From: Neodothiora populina
Taxonomy: Eukaryota
Reading direction: 5' to 3'
Length of the DNA stretch: 64,000 bases
Assembly (NCBI RefSeq): GCF_041146345.1
Contig: NW_027191411.1
Location: 744,001-808,000 of the forward strand
The translations under genes were made by a program, and so were the position numbers. Under the pieces are notes generated by a model. It made no database searches. It saw nothing but the letters and a program-made list of their open reading frames with translations, and was not told the DNA's origin. This document shows, one piece after another, positions 25,701 through 36,458 of the stretch; positions within the stretch are counted from its first letter, which is position 1, and each line of letters begins with the position of its first letter.

Positions 25701-27684
25701 TAACATTCAACACAAAATGACCCGCTCCGAGTTCATCAAGAACACCATGCCGGCCATCAAAGATGCCGCCGAGAAGACAGCGAGGCCGACGAGGGAGAAC
25801 TCTCGATCAACGTTGCCGTCACATGACCACCACAACTCTTCTGTACCAAGCTCTCCTACCATGCCTCACCATCCGCAGGATGAGGCGGAGGAGAGGTCGT
25901 CAATTGACTTCAAACAGAAGTCCAGGAAGCGTGTCTCCTTGCGACCGATGATGAACCGAAACGAGACCGACCCTGGTCCCGGTGCTGACATCAACAACTA
26001 TGCTTCGAATGTTCTCATCAACTTTACTTATGAAGGCACTGAGAGAGGCTGGCTTCTGGAAATCGAGACTGTGCTCAAGTCGTTCTATACTTCAATATGC
26101 GCCGATGCCTTGCCGTTGCATGGCGTCACGGATCGTGAAGGAGGCCTGGGTCCGCTGACCAACAATCTATCGGTTCAGCCCGGTGGACTCAGACGCACGG
26201 GATCTGTCATCTCCAAGGCTCCCTCCGAAGGCTTCGTTTATCGTGGTCGCAAGACGTCAGAGACTCAGTCTTTGGCGCAGAGAATGCACTCAAAAAATCG
26301 CATGAGGCAAAAGGTTTATCCTGCTTCGACAGTCGGATCGTCTCGAACTTCATTCGACGACAACTCGATGCTCAGTCCGGCTGGTAGCAGCATGTGGAGT
26401 AAAATATCTACCGGCAGAACGGGCCCTACCATGAGCGTGGAAAGCTTTGCTCTAACGCAAGACTTCAAGCAAAGCCTTGGCTTTACCAACGCCTTGTCGC
26501 AAGCAATAATCCGCGAAGAGTACGAGGCCACGTCTGACTCTGACTCGTTCCATCGCGTGGGATCTCTGCTCGAAGACGAGAGTCTGGAGCTCGCGGGCGC
26601 GCCCTGGGCCAAAGAGGGTATGGTCAAGCACAAGCATCATCTCGAGGGCCCCGAGAAGAAGGCTAAGGAACGCAGTTGGAACGAGTGTTTCGCTGTCGTC
26701 GAGAAAGGATACTTGCATCTGTTCTCTTTCAAGCAGACAACAACCAAGATCGGCGCCGGTACTGCACGCGCACGTAGACACACAACTTCTTCGAAGACCC
26801 CTGGCAAAGCCCCAAGTATCGCACCCTCGGTGGTCGGTGGAGGCAATTGGACAGACAATGCCGAAGAGCTCGGTCAGTTCCTGCTTCGTCAGACCATCGC
26901 TACGAGCCTGCCGGCGCCTGGCTATAGCAAGTCTCGCCCTCACGTTTGGGCATTAAGTCTGCCGACCGGAGCTGTCCACTTGTTCCAAGTTGGCACTGCT
27001 GAGATCGCAGAAGAATTTGCCAGCACTGCGAACTACTGGTCTGCACGTCTCTCTAAGGAGCCGCTCGTGGGTGGAGTCGACAACATAGAGTATGGATGGA
27101 GTGACAACATAATCAATCCTGCGTTAGTCGCCAGTCAGCAACAAAGTCCACCACCATCACGAAGTGGTGGTTACCCACCACCAGCGATGTCAGGTCACGC
27201 CGCTAAGGATTCGATGGGTACCATCTCCAATGTTCCCAGACCCAGCACACAGTCTTCTCTACGCACATCTTTTGACCAAAACTTTGGCAACAAGGCTCGA
27301 CTGCCGGGCGACAGAGCCGTGATCAGTGATTGGCGGCCGCCGGCGTCTTCCATGCTCCCATCACAGCTTCTCGAGATCGACCAGCTACGGAGCTTGAAGG
27401 CTTACATCACCTCGGTCGAGGCAGAGCTACAGCGTCACAATGAGCTACGCGGGGCCATTCCCCTAGCCTACACGAATCCCAATGGCGCTCGTCTCGCCAA
27501 GGTCATGACGAATTGGGAGAGGAAGAGCAGCTACTTGCTGAAAGAAGTCGTCAAGTTCAGGACCTACATCGAGGCCCTCGAACGTGCAGGTTCTCGCAGA
27601 GAAGAAGTGTACGAAGAACGCAGAATCAGAGAAGAAGAGAACGCGGCTGCCAGGGCCGCACCGAGTGTTGCTTTCTCAGCTTAG
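22798..27684 (+). CDS. Sec7-domain plus PH-domain Arf guanine nucleotide exchange factor (Syt1/Sec74-like)
   Basis: Single ORF of about 1630 aa (first ATG 22798). Sec7 glutamic finger LKGESQQVDRILEAF and YALLLLNTDQH. PH domain WAKEG..KHKHHLE...RPHVWALSLP...NYWSARLS. Confidence 0.92.
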   Translation: MMDLGSPLGSPSANTSSPPPPPPPSLLHSPFTLSTPPRAIASRSSSRTALRGSHYNTQTKPPVTPPPRSSRNASRNASKRNGKEESSASDLISALTTNPKVTHRSTHKGSHKDSHDHHDHHDSHDEDEDDYDKEFDSQGNARPLSWSSVTRDSVVDNLLSSFDRMAAFSSFDDHFDVAASPPRISTRLSSQRPRGHTYSSSLSTDVASPDDAVTYYSRSSQGKRSNSGSSYVGSPLSILPIRNARDARDGRPMALARSSSETQRTARNHSRTRPSARKSSKSSMNSSFDISHIGGLPGIADSNIDIIDHEQHNRSAPEVVTLSSSILGRGRPVPSLYSAYEPPHGQAKDSRPTRGPSTHLQPSASSSTKRTSSHTSSVHGADADSAKGDTSRAQSTTQEIPKAIRDQASDFVKATNMRSASPVPAQSARPTFPNAASEPIARRPGFFRRVFGSSNRSSTNVDVVKQLQRDFSLNTVAVETPQQTRNKSTPAPESATPNPRPDAKTVTTPPNVVNKKPSFFRRRKMSVDEESFPPSIPPQLINPSHRHLEQENPSSPGASSLKKVLDPYLAEIDAPTPSGQIPLSRFAVEKSEGDTDSLDMFHSGYTPPPDASLRRSAPLEHRSSINPKPLEKPDPMLAPKPRTPPDPEKLQVQAANRDPQRPQMQHSSSFLSDASDISERSKASSGISAVSESYIGQSNGALGPVSPIASPIIEYSGSTSFFLSPSTTNSEWGPISPGATIRAVTSDSGGAHSDGQEYGVKESKGLAIRISPAAKHDRLWIDPAHSEDDTVSSELSLPREGLMRPQEPTPNQHDEGSGQRKDSVPVVEVNGNEVRPSVDIARRLDELTSPEPSAEDMDRARKIYAGEEDFVTMGNAAAWLGEKTQISARTLIAYMSFFDWAGHNILSSMRKLCEKLVLKGESQQVDRILEAFAARWDECNPNNGFKGTGVIHNICYALLLLNTDQHIANIQHKMTRSEFIKNTMPAIKDAAEKTARPTRENSRSTLPSHDHHNSSVPSSPTMPHHPQDEAEERSSIDFKQKSRKRVSLRPMMNRNETDPGPGADINNYASNVLINFTYEGTERGWLLEIETVLKSFYTSICADALPLHGVTDREGGLGPLTNNLSVQPGGLRRTGSVISKAPSEGFVYRGRKTSETQSLAQRMHSKNRMRQKVYPASTVGSSRTSFDDNSMLSPAGSSMWSKISTGRTGPTMSVESFALTQDFKQSLGFTNALSQAIIREEYEATSDSDSFHRVGSLLEDESLELAGAPWAKEGMVKHKHHLEGPEKKAKERSWNECFAVVEKGYLHLFSFKQTTTKIGAGTARARRHTTSSKTPGKAPSIAPSVVGGGNWTDNAEELGQFLLRQTIATSLPAPGYSKSRPHVWALSLPTGAVHLFQVGTAEIAEEFASTANYWSARLSKEPLVGGVDNIEYGWSDNIINPALVASQQQSPPPSRSGGYPPPAMSGHAAKDSMGTISNVPRPSTQSSLRTSFDQNFGNKARLPGDRAVISDWRPPASSMLPSQLLEIDQLRSLKAYITSVEAELQRHNELRGAIPLAYTNPNGARLAKVMTNWERKSSYLLKEVVKFRTYIEALERAGSRREEVYEERRIREEENAAARAAPSVAFSA

Positions 27685-29050
27685 AAAGCTCGTAGGAAAC
27701 GCACAGCAATTGCTACCTATGAGTGGGCCACCCCTTGTCTTGAATACGATGAAGATGAGGCGGAATGAGAGAAAGCAGAGAAGATTACGAAACCGCGGTT
27801 TTGTTATGATTGAGTTGATTTCTATTCTCTAAGCAGCGTGGCGCGAGTACATCTCCCACTGCGATTGTCTGTGCCCAACACATTTCAGATATTGGTGTTT
27901 TGGAGCAAGAACTTATTTGTTATGAACCCTTTTGTTTCGTGGTTTTATTTTTTCAGTTCCATGTCAATTCTTCGAGAAGGCACTTTTGCGAAGCATCTTC
28001 AATTCTTACCTGCCCTTATTTTAGCATTCGCAAGATCAACCGGCACTTTCCCCCATTTTCATCAGCCCCCATTTACCGGGCTGATGCTTTTTTGTTCATC
28101 CTTTTTTTCGGACTGGCAAGCGGCATTTTGAGCAGAGCATATGATTGCATCCGCCGCGCAACCGCCCTATAGTTTTCTTTTTTCTTGTTACCTTTTTCTT
28201 TTTTTCCTTTGTTAATGTCAGATTTTTGTTCTCATTGCTTGTTATTAGGATACCCTCTTCCCCTCCATCTTAAATCTATATATTTTTTTCTCTCCAATCG
28301 TCACTGTCACTGTTGCCTTATGTTGAGCGTGCGCGGCGCCCGGGAGGCTCGGGCATGCTTCCTTCTGGTCGTCGCCGTTTTGTGATACTTTCCCCCGGAA
28401 CGTTGAGGATGAATTTCGGCCTTCTGATATGGGCAGGGTCTTTGATGGAAGGAAAGAGGTTGGTCAGAGGGCTAGAATAGAATAGACTAGAATAGAATAG
28501 ATGTGCAGCTGGGGTCGGTAGATGGCTAGATAGATCGTCTAGCTGTACATTGAACAAGATCGATCAATTGCTGTCGTTGCTATCGCAGGTGTCTTCTCCC
28601 GAGGTTGTCTTCCTTTCGATGTGTGTATTCGATACTGCATCTGTGGGTGGTTTCTCACGCGGACGTTGTCAATGTATACGAGCCACTAGATTGCCCACTA
28701 TTACTTGCTAGGGAGACTGTATTGACTTCGGTTATAGTCACGAGAGCAAAGTAACACATAGGACTAACAAGGAGAGGAGGAGCGAATGAGAGGAATATAT
28801 ATTCTCAAGATAAGAAAAAAGACAAACGCTGAAATTGCTATACACGTACGACCACTGCTATCTGATATAATTATTTTCTGTCCCAAAAGAAAAGGACACC
28901 GATCAACCGTTCCTTCTTGATCCGCTCTTTCTTCATATCTTTACAATCATCAATCAATTGATCACATTGTCCAAGTAGAGAAGGGAAAAAGATTTTGAAT
29001 TCATATCTTTCCCCTCCCCAACCCCACGAAACGGGGGAGATAAAAAATAC

Positions 29051-32000
29051 CTAATAAGTCAGAAGCTTGCCGCCCTTCTTCCCCCCACCAGACGACAAAT
29101 CAATGCCCTCCTTGGCGTACGCGCAGTACCTGTCCTTGATACTGACGACCTCATACGTGCCCTCCTCCGACGCCCTGATGCTCAGACTATAATCATCCGA
29201 GACCTCGTTTTTCATCTCGAGCACTTCGGACTTGTGGCCCTTGCGCGCGTTCGTGCTGCGCGTCCAGGTGAATTCGAAGGGCGGGGTGCCGCCGAAGTCA
29301 AAGGTGATTTCGGCCTCACTGCCCTCGTGGATGTCGACGATGGACTCGCGGCCCTTGGACACGGCAACGGATGGCATGCCGTGGATTTGCTTCGTGATGT
29401 GGAACTGGGAGCTGCAGGATGAGGCCGCGTCGGATACGCCGGTGATGGTGAATGTGCCAGGTTTTTCGGCGAGGCGGCGGAACATGGTCGATTTGACGGT
29501 TGCTTTGCGCGATACGCCGTTGAAGGTGTAATGTACTGTGAAGGGGGCTTGGCCTGACAGGGCGAAGTTGAGGCGGTCGCCTACGCAGAAGTCGTCGTGG
29601 GATTCGATGGCGCGGATTTGCGGCGAGTCGTGCACGGCGATGTGGACGCGCGGGGTGGTCGTCACGTCTAGGTGTCTGCTGCAGCCTCGGGCATCTGTTA
29701 CTTTGCGGATCGAGACTGCGGAGTTGCCTAGTTGGAGAGTCTTGTGGGGTACACGGAGATTGAAGGTGGATCCTTCGATGTCGTCGAAGTTGTAGTGTTC
29801 TGCCTTTGCTGAGCCGTGGTGTTTGAGCTCTACCTCGATAGTGAAGGGTGGAACACCGATGAGAGTCAGTGGGATCACTTCTTCACCCACCGACTCGACC
29901 GTACAATAGCTGTAGGTCTTGCCTGGGTTGGTGAAACGTGCCATAGGCCGAGGGTTGACGCGTTGTTGGACCGTGACGGGAGTGAAGTGTTTGCTTGAGT
30001 GGTCATAATTGTAGTCGGCGAGTTCTGCGAACCTGTACTCGACGAGTCCGGGTTGCAAAGTGTCGAGCTGGACAGAAGCGGAGCCCGCAGGTCTCAGTGC
30101 CTTGCTGCGAAGAGCCTTGGATCCCTTGTCAGGTCTGATGTGCTCCTCATATTTGACCTCGAATGGAGGCGCGCCCTGGAATTGTACGTCTATAGCGTCC
30201 TCATCACCTTCGCACACGTCGTGCTTGATGTATGTGCTTCCTTCCTTACGTAAGAACGAAGATTCTGTAAGGGCAAGTCGAGGACGAGGAATCCAGGACA
30301 CATCGAACTTGTTCGCTTGAGCATCAACAGCGCCGGGACAGATGCGGTCGTGAACCTGCGTGAGTTCATAGGTGCCTTCGTCTTGGATGCCGAACTCGGC
30401 ATTGGCGTCGTTAACGCTGACCTGGTGCTCACTACCGTCCCTCAGATTACGATACGCAACAGTCCATGGCCTATCTCCAGTGAGTCGCAATGGCAGTGCA
30501 ATCTTCTTGCCCTGCAATGTCTTGACAGATCGCCCACCTTCGATCTGACCAAAGCCTGCCTTGGGCTTTTGATGTCTAACGGTAATCTTTGCCTCCTGCT
30601 TGAGGAACTCCTTGCATCCCATCCTGTCGGTGACACTGGCCAAAGCAAGTGTGTACTCGCCACCCTTTGCGAACACGGCCGTCTCGATGGTGTAGTGTCG
30701 TCCCGTGATGTCACGTACAGTGAAAGGCTTTCTGGAGTTACCTCGAATGAGTTCATAATCAAGCGTGAAGGGGCCCTCGCCGCGGAGGTTGACATCGAAC
30801 GACACAGGTTGGTCGATGCAGACCATCCTTTCGGGACGTTGCTCAGCAAAATTGGCAGACGCGGAAGGCTTGACATCTTGTTCAATGTTAAGGTCCTCGC
30901 CGTCGACCTGGAAGTTTTTGTAAATGGAATCGCTGACTTCCACAAATTCATAGGTGTAGTGGCCAGCTTCGTGAGGGAGCAATTCAATTTGTCCTCGGAG
31001 TCCATCAATTCGTTTAACCTCTCCCCGGTGGTGTGAATCGCCTTTGTGCATGATTCGATACTTGATTTCGAAAGGCGGTGTACCCGTAAGATGAAGGTCA
31101 AGTCTGAGGCCCACAGCTTTGTTGGCGCACTTGTCGAAGATCTCCTCTTTGTTAATCTTGAGACTCGGTTCAGGCGGGTTCTGCAGGAGGCAAGATGCAG
31201 GCTCGAGAACGTCTCCAGCACAGAACTGGGTCGACACACCGTTCAAGCTATAAAGACCAGGAAGGTGAACATTGGGCTTTTGACCCTTGTTCTTGATGGT
31301 GATCTGCTTCTGCTGCGCAGCATCACTGTGATCACCGTTGGGCAAAAGCTCGTTCTCCGGAGTGAAAAGATAGTCGACTTCGTAAGGCGAGTCCAAGAAG
31401 CCTCCCTTGCCGGTAGAGCTGTAAGCAACGGGCAGACTTCTAGACAGACCCTTAGCTACCTGAAGAGGATGTTGGGAGTCGCAACCGTCCATGCGGATGG
31501 TGGGTCGTTCATGAACAGTGATGACTTGGTGGAGATGGGGAGCCTGTTGGAGGCGAGGCTTCTCTTGATCCTCGTGGTCACGTTGGGTGTAGGAAACAGC
31601 GTTTCCAAAGGCATCTTGTACCTCCTCCAAAGAATACACCCACTTGCCACTGATGCCAAATTGCTCGGTCAGAGGCACTGTCACAGCCTGTGGGCGAGCC
31701 CAGGATATATCTTTGTTGTTGCGCAGGGTCAAGGCTTCCGATGTGCCAGAAAGAGGGGATACGAAATCCTCTGGTTGGATGCTCTGAAAATGAGCTTCTT
31801 GCTCGACCTGGTTGATCATCTTGCGATACTTGATGCGTAGTGGTGGAGTTCCGGTGACCTCTAGCTCAACGTCGGATAAATCACCTTTGCATCTGTTCGG
31901 ATTGGATGGCTTGAGAATGGCCTTCGGACAGGTCACAACCATGGTATCTCCAGCGCGTCGTCTCTGAACTTCAAGCTTCGATTCATCGATGACTTTCTGC

Positions 32001-32969
32001 AGAACATACATGCCCGTCTTCTTGGTCGGGTAGCGCAATAGCAGAGGTTCGTTTTCAGCATGTTGCGACTTGCTCTTAGTGGCCTCTTTGCTCATTTTTT
32101 TGATTTGAGAAGCTGTGATGTGGATCGTCTCGTTCGAGACACCATCAAAGTCAAGACGAAGCAGGTCAATCCCAATAGGAGTAGTCTGATTTATCTGGAT
32201 AGGTAAGTAGACTTGAGGGTTTGAGGGGTCCAGACAGAATGAGGCTTTGCCTGGGTTCAGAATGGAGGAGCTGGTTTCGTGTCAGCGCATATTGATCGGA
32301 TGAATGCAACGAGATACGTACCCCTCCGGTAAGATGTGAATGATTTGCTTTCCCAAGATGAGGGAAGAGTTGTGCATGATTTGTGAATGCTTGACATGGC
32401 GCTCGTTGATTGCTAATTCGCGATCATAAAATAGTTTGGCGATTGCAGCGAAAACGCCTCCGATAGGTATCTGATTTTTTGGTCAGTCAGTTGAATCACG
32501 AACATGGAGATAAGACGTTGATTACCGGTATTCTGAACATCAACACGCCGTTCAAGACGACATGTGCGAGATACAGCACGACGGTCGTGAAGGTGGAAAA
32601 CTCGAGCCAGGGTATCCTCAGCTCAGGCAATCCAAACAGGAAGATACCATCGAACATGATCCATTTCATGAACAGCCATAATGACTCGGTGTCCTCCTCC
32701 TGTAGGTAGCTATAGTCCCACAGACGCCATGCCAGCAGAGCAGCATAGAATGCGACAACATAGAGGCGCTGTTGTGGCGCATCCAGCGTGTCAAAGGGTA
32801 TCAGAGGCCCGCCTTCTGCATCCTCCCGTCCTATTGATATTGCGCTTATGTCTGGCAGAGGCGAAGTCAATTTCGAAGCACTTGTCGGACTTCCATTCTG
32901 TTGTCTGCGTCCCTGTGGTGTGGCGGGGAATGCTGAGCGCAATCGGGGAGTGTTTGGTGGAAGGTTCAT
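29051..32969 (-). CDS. POM152: Nuclear pore membrane nucleoporin Pom152
   Basis: Exon 1 has [16 protein letters not shown] and a TM region. Introns 32471-32525 and 32271-32321. The long exon has Ig-like repeats with GTPPF/GAPPF motifs and ends [11 protein letters not shown]. Confidence 0.93.
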
Positions 32970-33648
32970 TGCATGCTGTGGTGCACTTTTTCCGCCAGAG
33001 CTTCTTGTTTGGAGCGTCAGAAACGAGCGCCCATGCGAGAGGGGGTTCCTTTCTCAGTTCTTCTGTATTGATTCTGAAGGCCACGAGAAAGTTTGAAAGA
33101 ACCCAGTAGTCGAAGGCCGGGTATTGGTGTGTGACGTGATTTTTTGTTTATTGCACGCGTAGAATGGAAGTGAAGCTCTCTGTTATATACAGCAGAGTCA
33201 TGTAAACATCATACACCGTCAGTGGTTGAGTCAAGACACGACACCCTCGGACATTCACTTTCTAAACTCCGTACCACTACACTCAGGGCATGTAAGGTAG
33301 AGAGATAGGAACCTAATTACGCATGACCGCAGGTGTCTGTCTTAGTCTCACTGATCGACGAAGAATGTGTATGCGTCGTGCCGAGCGCCATCCCATGTTG
33401 TATGTATCCAACCAATGATCTATCAAAGTCGTCGTGATGCCGCCACACTCTTCGCGCACAGCTGTGTATAAGTACATGTCCAGGTACTATCGTTCGCTTA
33501 ATTTACTCTCATCGTCGAGCTCGTCCATTCAATCGACTTCAGTCCACGACTCACACTGTCCCCTTCACTACTCCTATCTGAATCTAGTCCGTATCTGGTT
33601 GTGGAAGGTACGCGCCGATTTATGATTCCTGTCTTTCCGGTCTCTGGA

Positions 33649-35188
33649 ATGCCTCCGAAGGCCAGCAAGAGACGCGTGAACGGCCTTCAGAGAGATTCCT
33701 CAGATGGTACCTCTCCAGCACCAATTACACCAGACCGTGCTACCTGGCCAGCATGGTGTGAGGTAGAATCTGAACCGGTGAGATCGCTGCGAGTCATGAC
33801 TTGGTCCCGTCACTCATCATCAAGAAATAGGCATTTTTCAACACCATCTTACATGAAATCAACGTTGATGGAGTCAAAGTTCAAGAAGTGCTGGGCCTCG
33901 ATGATGAGTGTCTCGCAATTCTGCCGTGCGTGGCTGTCACTTTGCTCTTGCATACTCTCGCATGACTAACAAATGCACGAAGAAAGCCTGTCTATGCCAT
34001 GATATTCCTCTTCAAGTACACCAAAGCCGAAGAAGAGGGCCAAACAACCAGCTGTCCACCCAACGTCTGGTTCGCGAATCAAGTAGGTCTCCTTGTTTCT
34101 TTACCATGTCCGTTCACTTACGACTTGTTGTATAGGTACCCGAGTTCGCCTGCGCTAGCGTGGCCTTGCTGAATATCGTGATGAATTTACCTGATGTCAG
34201 ACTTGGCCATGAACTACAAAACTTCAAGGACTCTACTCGTTCACTTGACCCTGTCAGTAAAGGCGATGCGATCGCCTCCTTTGATTTCGTCAGAAACATT
34301 CATAATTCATTTGCTCGAGACATGGACATGTTGAATATCGACTACCTTCTCAAGGACAAGCATGCGTCTTCCCTCAAGAAGAGGAAGCTCGAAGCTGCCA
34401 ATGCTGCCAAAGCCGAAAAGGCAGCAGCCAGAGCCGAGGAGAAAGCGCTCAGAGATGCCGCCAACATAGCAAACGGTGCAAGTACACCATCAAGGTCAAA
34501 TCCACTATGCAAGGCACGAGCTACCGATCTTTCAGAAGATGCCGACTGGACGGCTTCAGAAGCATTCCACTTCATCGCGTATATGCCGATTGGCGACGAG
34601 GTATGGAAACTCGACGGTATGGAGGGTTTCCCACAATCGCTCGGAACGCTACATGAGAGTCAGGACTGGCTCCAAATCATCCAAACCGAGCTCACGGCAC
34701 GCATGCTACAGTATCAAGAAGGGCAGATCGAGTTCAGTCTTATGGCAGTGATCAAAGACCCCGCCATAGACGACAGAACAAGTCTAGCGGAAAACATCAA
34801 GGCTCTGCACGAAATCACTCGACGATTGGACGAAGTCATACCCGACTGGAGGGCGTTCACCGTAGCTTCCGCCGACGAGTCAACGATCTTGAACGCCAAC
34901 TCCAAGTACGGCATCACAGACGCAGACATCCAAGCGGCTATCATCCCGGGAAGCGTATCAGACAAATTGAAATCTGATAGATCTGAAATCCTACTACACC
35001 TCCGCCAAGACATGATAACAGCACAAGCAGCCTGCCGCGACACATTAAGAGACCACAGCTTGTCGAACCAAAGCGATGCGATCAAGGCCATGCATCGCAG
35101 GTTCGACTATTCGTCTTTCGTCAACGGCTGGCTAGATAGTCTAGCGGAGGAGGATGTGTTGCTTTCCCTGCTGGAGAAAGCGCAATGA
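33649..35188 (+). CDS. Ubiquitin C-terminal hydrolase, peptidase C12 (UCH37-like)
   Basis: WCEVESEP|AFF, VYAMIFLFKY, FANQ|VPEFAC (catalytic Cys), FHFIAY (His) and KLDG (Asp). Introns 33778-33830, 33926-33982 and 34083-34135. Confidence 0.9.
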
Positions 35189-35611
35189 AACATCGAGCCT
35201 CTTTCTTTTTCCTGCTTGTGTATCTGCTTCTTTCTTCGATACCCTCGATCTTCGCGGAATACCCCCAATTTTCTATAGCAATTCTTCGAGCAAGTTCTGT
35301 GTTCTCGATCAACATCGTAAACTGCGGTCTTTGAATTAAAACATGGAAAGAGGGCGCCATTCAATGAATGCATATTGATGGACACCAACAGTAATCACGA
35401 CCGATGAGATGTTCTCTGAAGCAAAGATGGATATATCGAACAATCTAGCTTTCGCATGCCAATGACACACATCTGGTCAAGAATTGAAGAAGAAAAACAA
35501 CTGACGAGCAAGTAAAGGGAAGACTACTCTCTATTGCTCCGATGTCTGAGCGCAGACTCGATGACAAGTTGAAACAGCGCCCTTGGTATAGGAAATCTGT
35601 TCTATGATGGT

Positions 35612-36085
35612 AGCTCGTCCTGTATTTGTGCATCTCGGAAGAATCATCGCACAATCACAACTCGTGTACGATCGACGGCTCGTGTTTCCTACGAAAATCC
35701 CATTTCTGATAACAACTCTTTACAATTGACAGCTCGTCCTTGTCACGGAAATTCCATTTTGTGATGACAGCTCGTCCTGTATCTCTTCTGTCACGGGAAA
35801 TCCATCACAGTGACAGTTCTTCACAATCATCAGCTCATTCCTTGTCACGGAAAATTCGGTTTGTGACAACCGCTCGTCCTGTATTTGTGTATTACGGAAA
35901 ATCCACATGACAATGACAGTTCTTTCTAATCATCAGCTTATCCCATTCTGCGGCAAACTTGATTTGAATGCCAGCTCGTCTTGTTTCGCAATGATAGCTC
36001 GTTTAGGTCGCCAGCTCGTCTCGTTACGCGGACAGCTCGTTCTCCGATTGCCAGCTCGTCTCGTTTTGCGATGCCAGCTCGTTGA
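35612..36085. repeat. Degenerate tandem array built on an AGCTCGT(C) motif
   Basis: Motif or 1-mismatch variants at about 35612, 35659, 35677, 35731, 35769, 35832, 35871, 35973, 35996, 36013, 36034, 36053 and 36076. A roughly 102-bp duplication covers 35731-35831 vs 35832-35934. Confidence 0.85.
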
Positions 36086-36458
36086 TCAGCAACTCGCTGA
36101 GTACCTAGTGAGGTGTCTGCGGCACCGAGGGTCTTCGTAGAGATGTATACACAGACAGGGGGCGTTCTGCTTCATCCCTCTTTCTCTTTTTCTGTTCATT
36201 CAAAACTGCTGCATTTGGATGAGTATTCACTTCGACTCGACAGACCCATTTTTGCACCTACACTTTCACCAAACTCTGACTGTCTAGTCAAGGCTAAGTG
36301 AGTGGACTCGAGATATATCCCCCTTCCTCTTTCCCTGTTGCACTTCTTCCTCTTTCCAACAAGATCCAGAAAGGCGACCGACTCAACAATCAAGTCTTTG
36401 CCCACTTTCTCGTCATCTACTTCTTTTGGTATTAGTCCTTTGACAGAGACTCTTGACG

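Noticed and set aside
28473..28501. (TAGAA)n short pentamer repeat
   Set aside because: An ordinary short imperfect SSR in a terminator region.
30317..31840. Long plus-strand ORFs (239 and 264 aa)
   Set aside because: Antisense shadows of POM152.
35612..36085. Possible CRISPR-like array
   Set aside because: The core is only 7-9 nt, spacers are irregular and related to each other, the context is eukaryotic and no cas genes are present.
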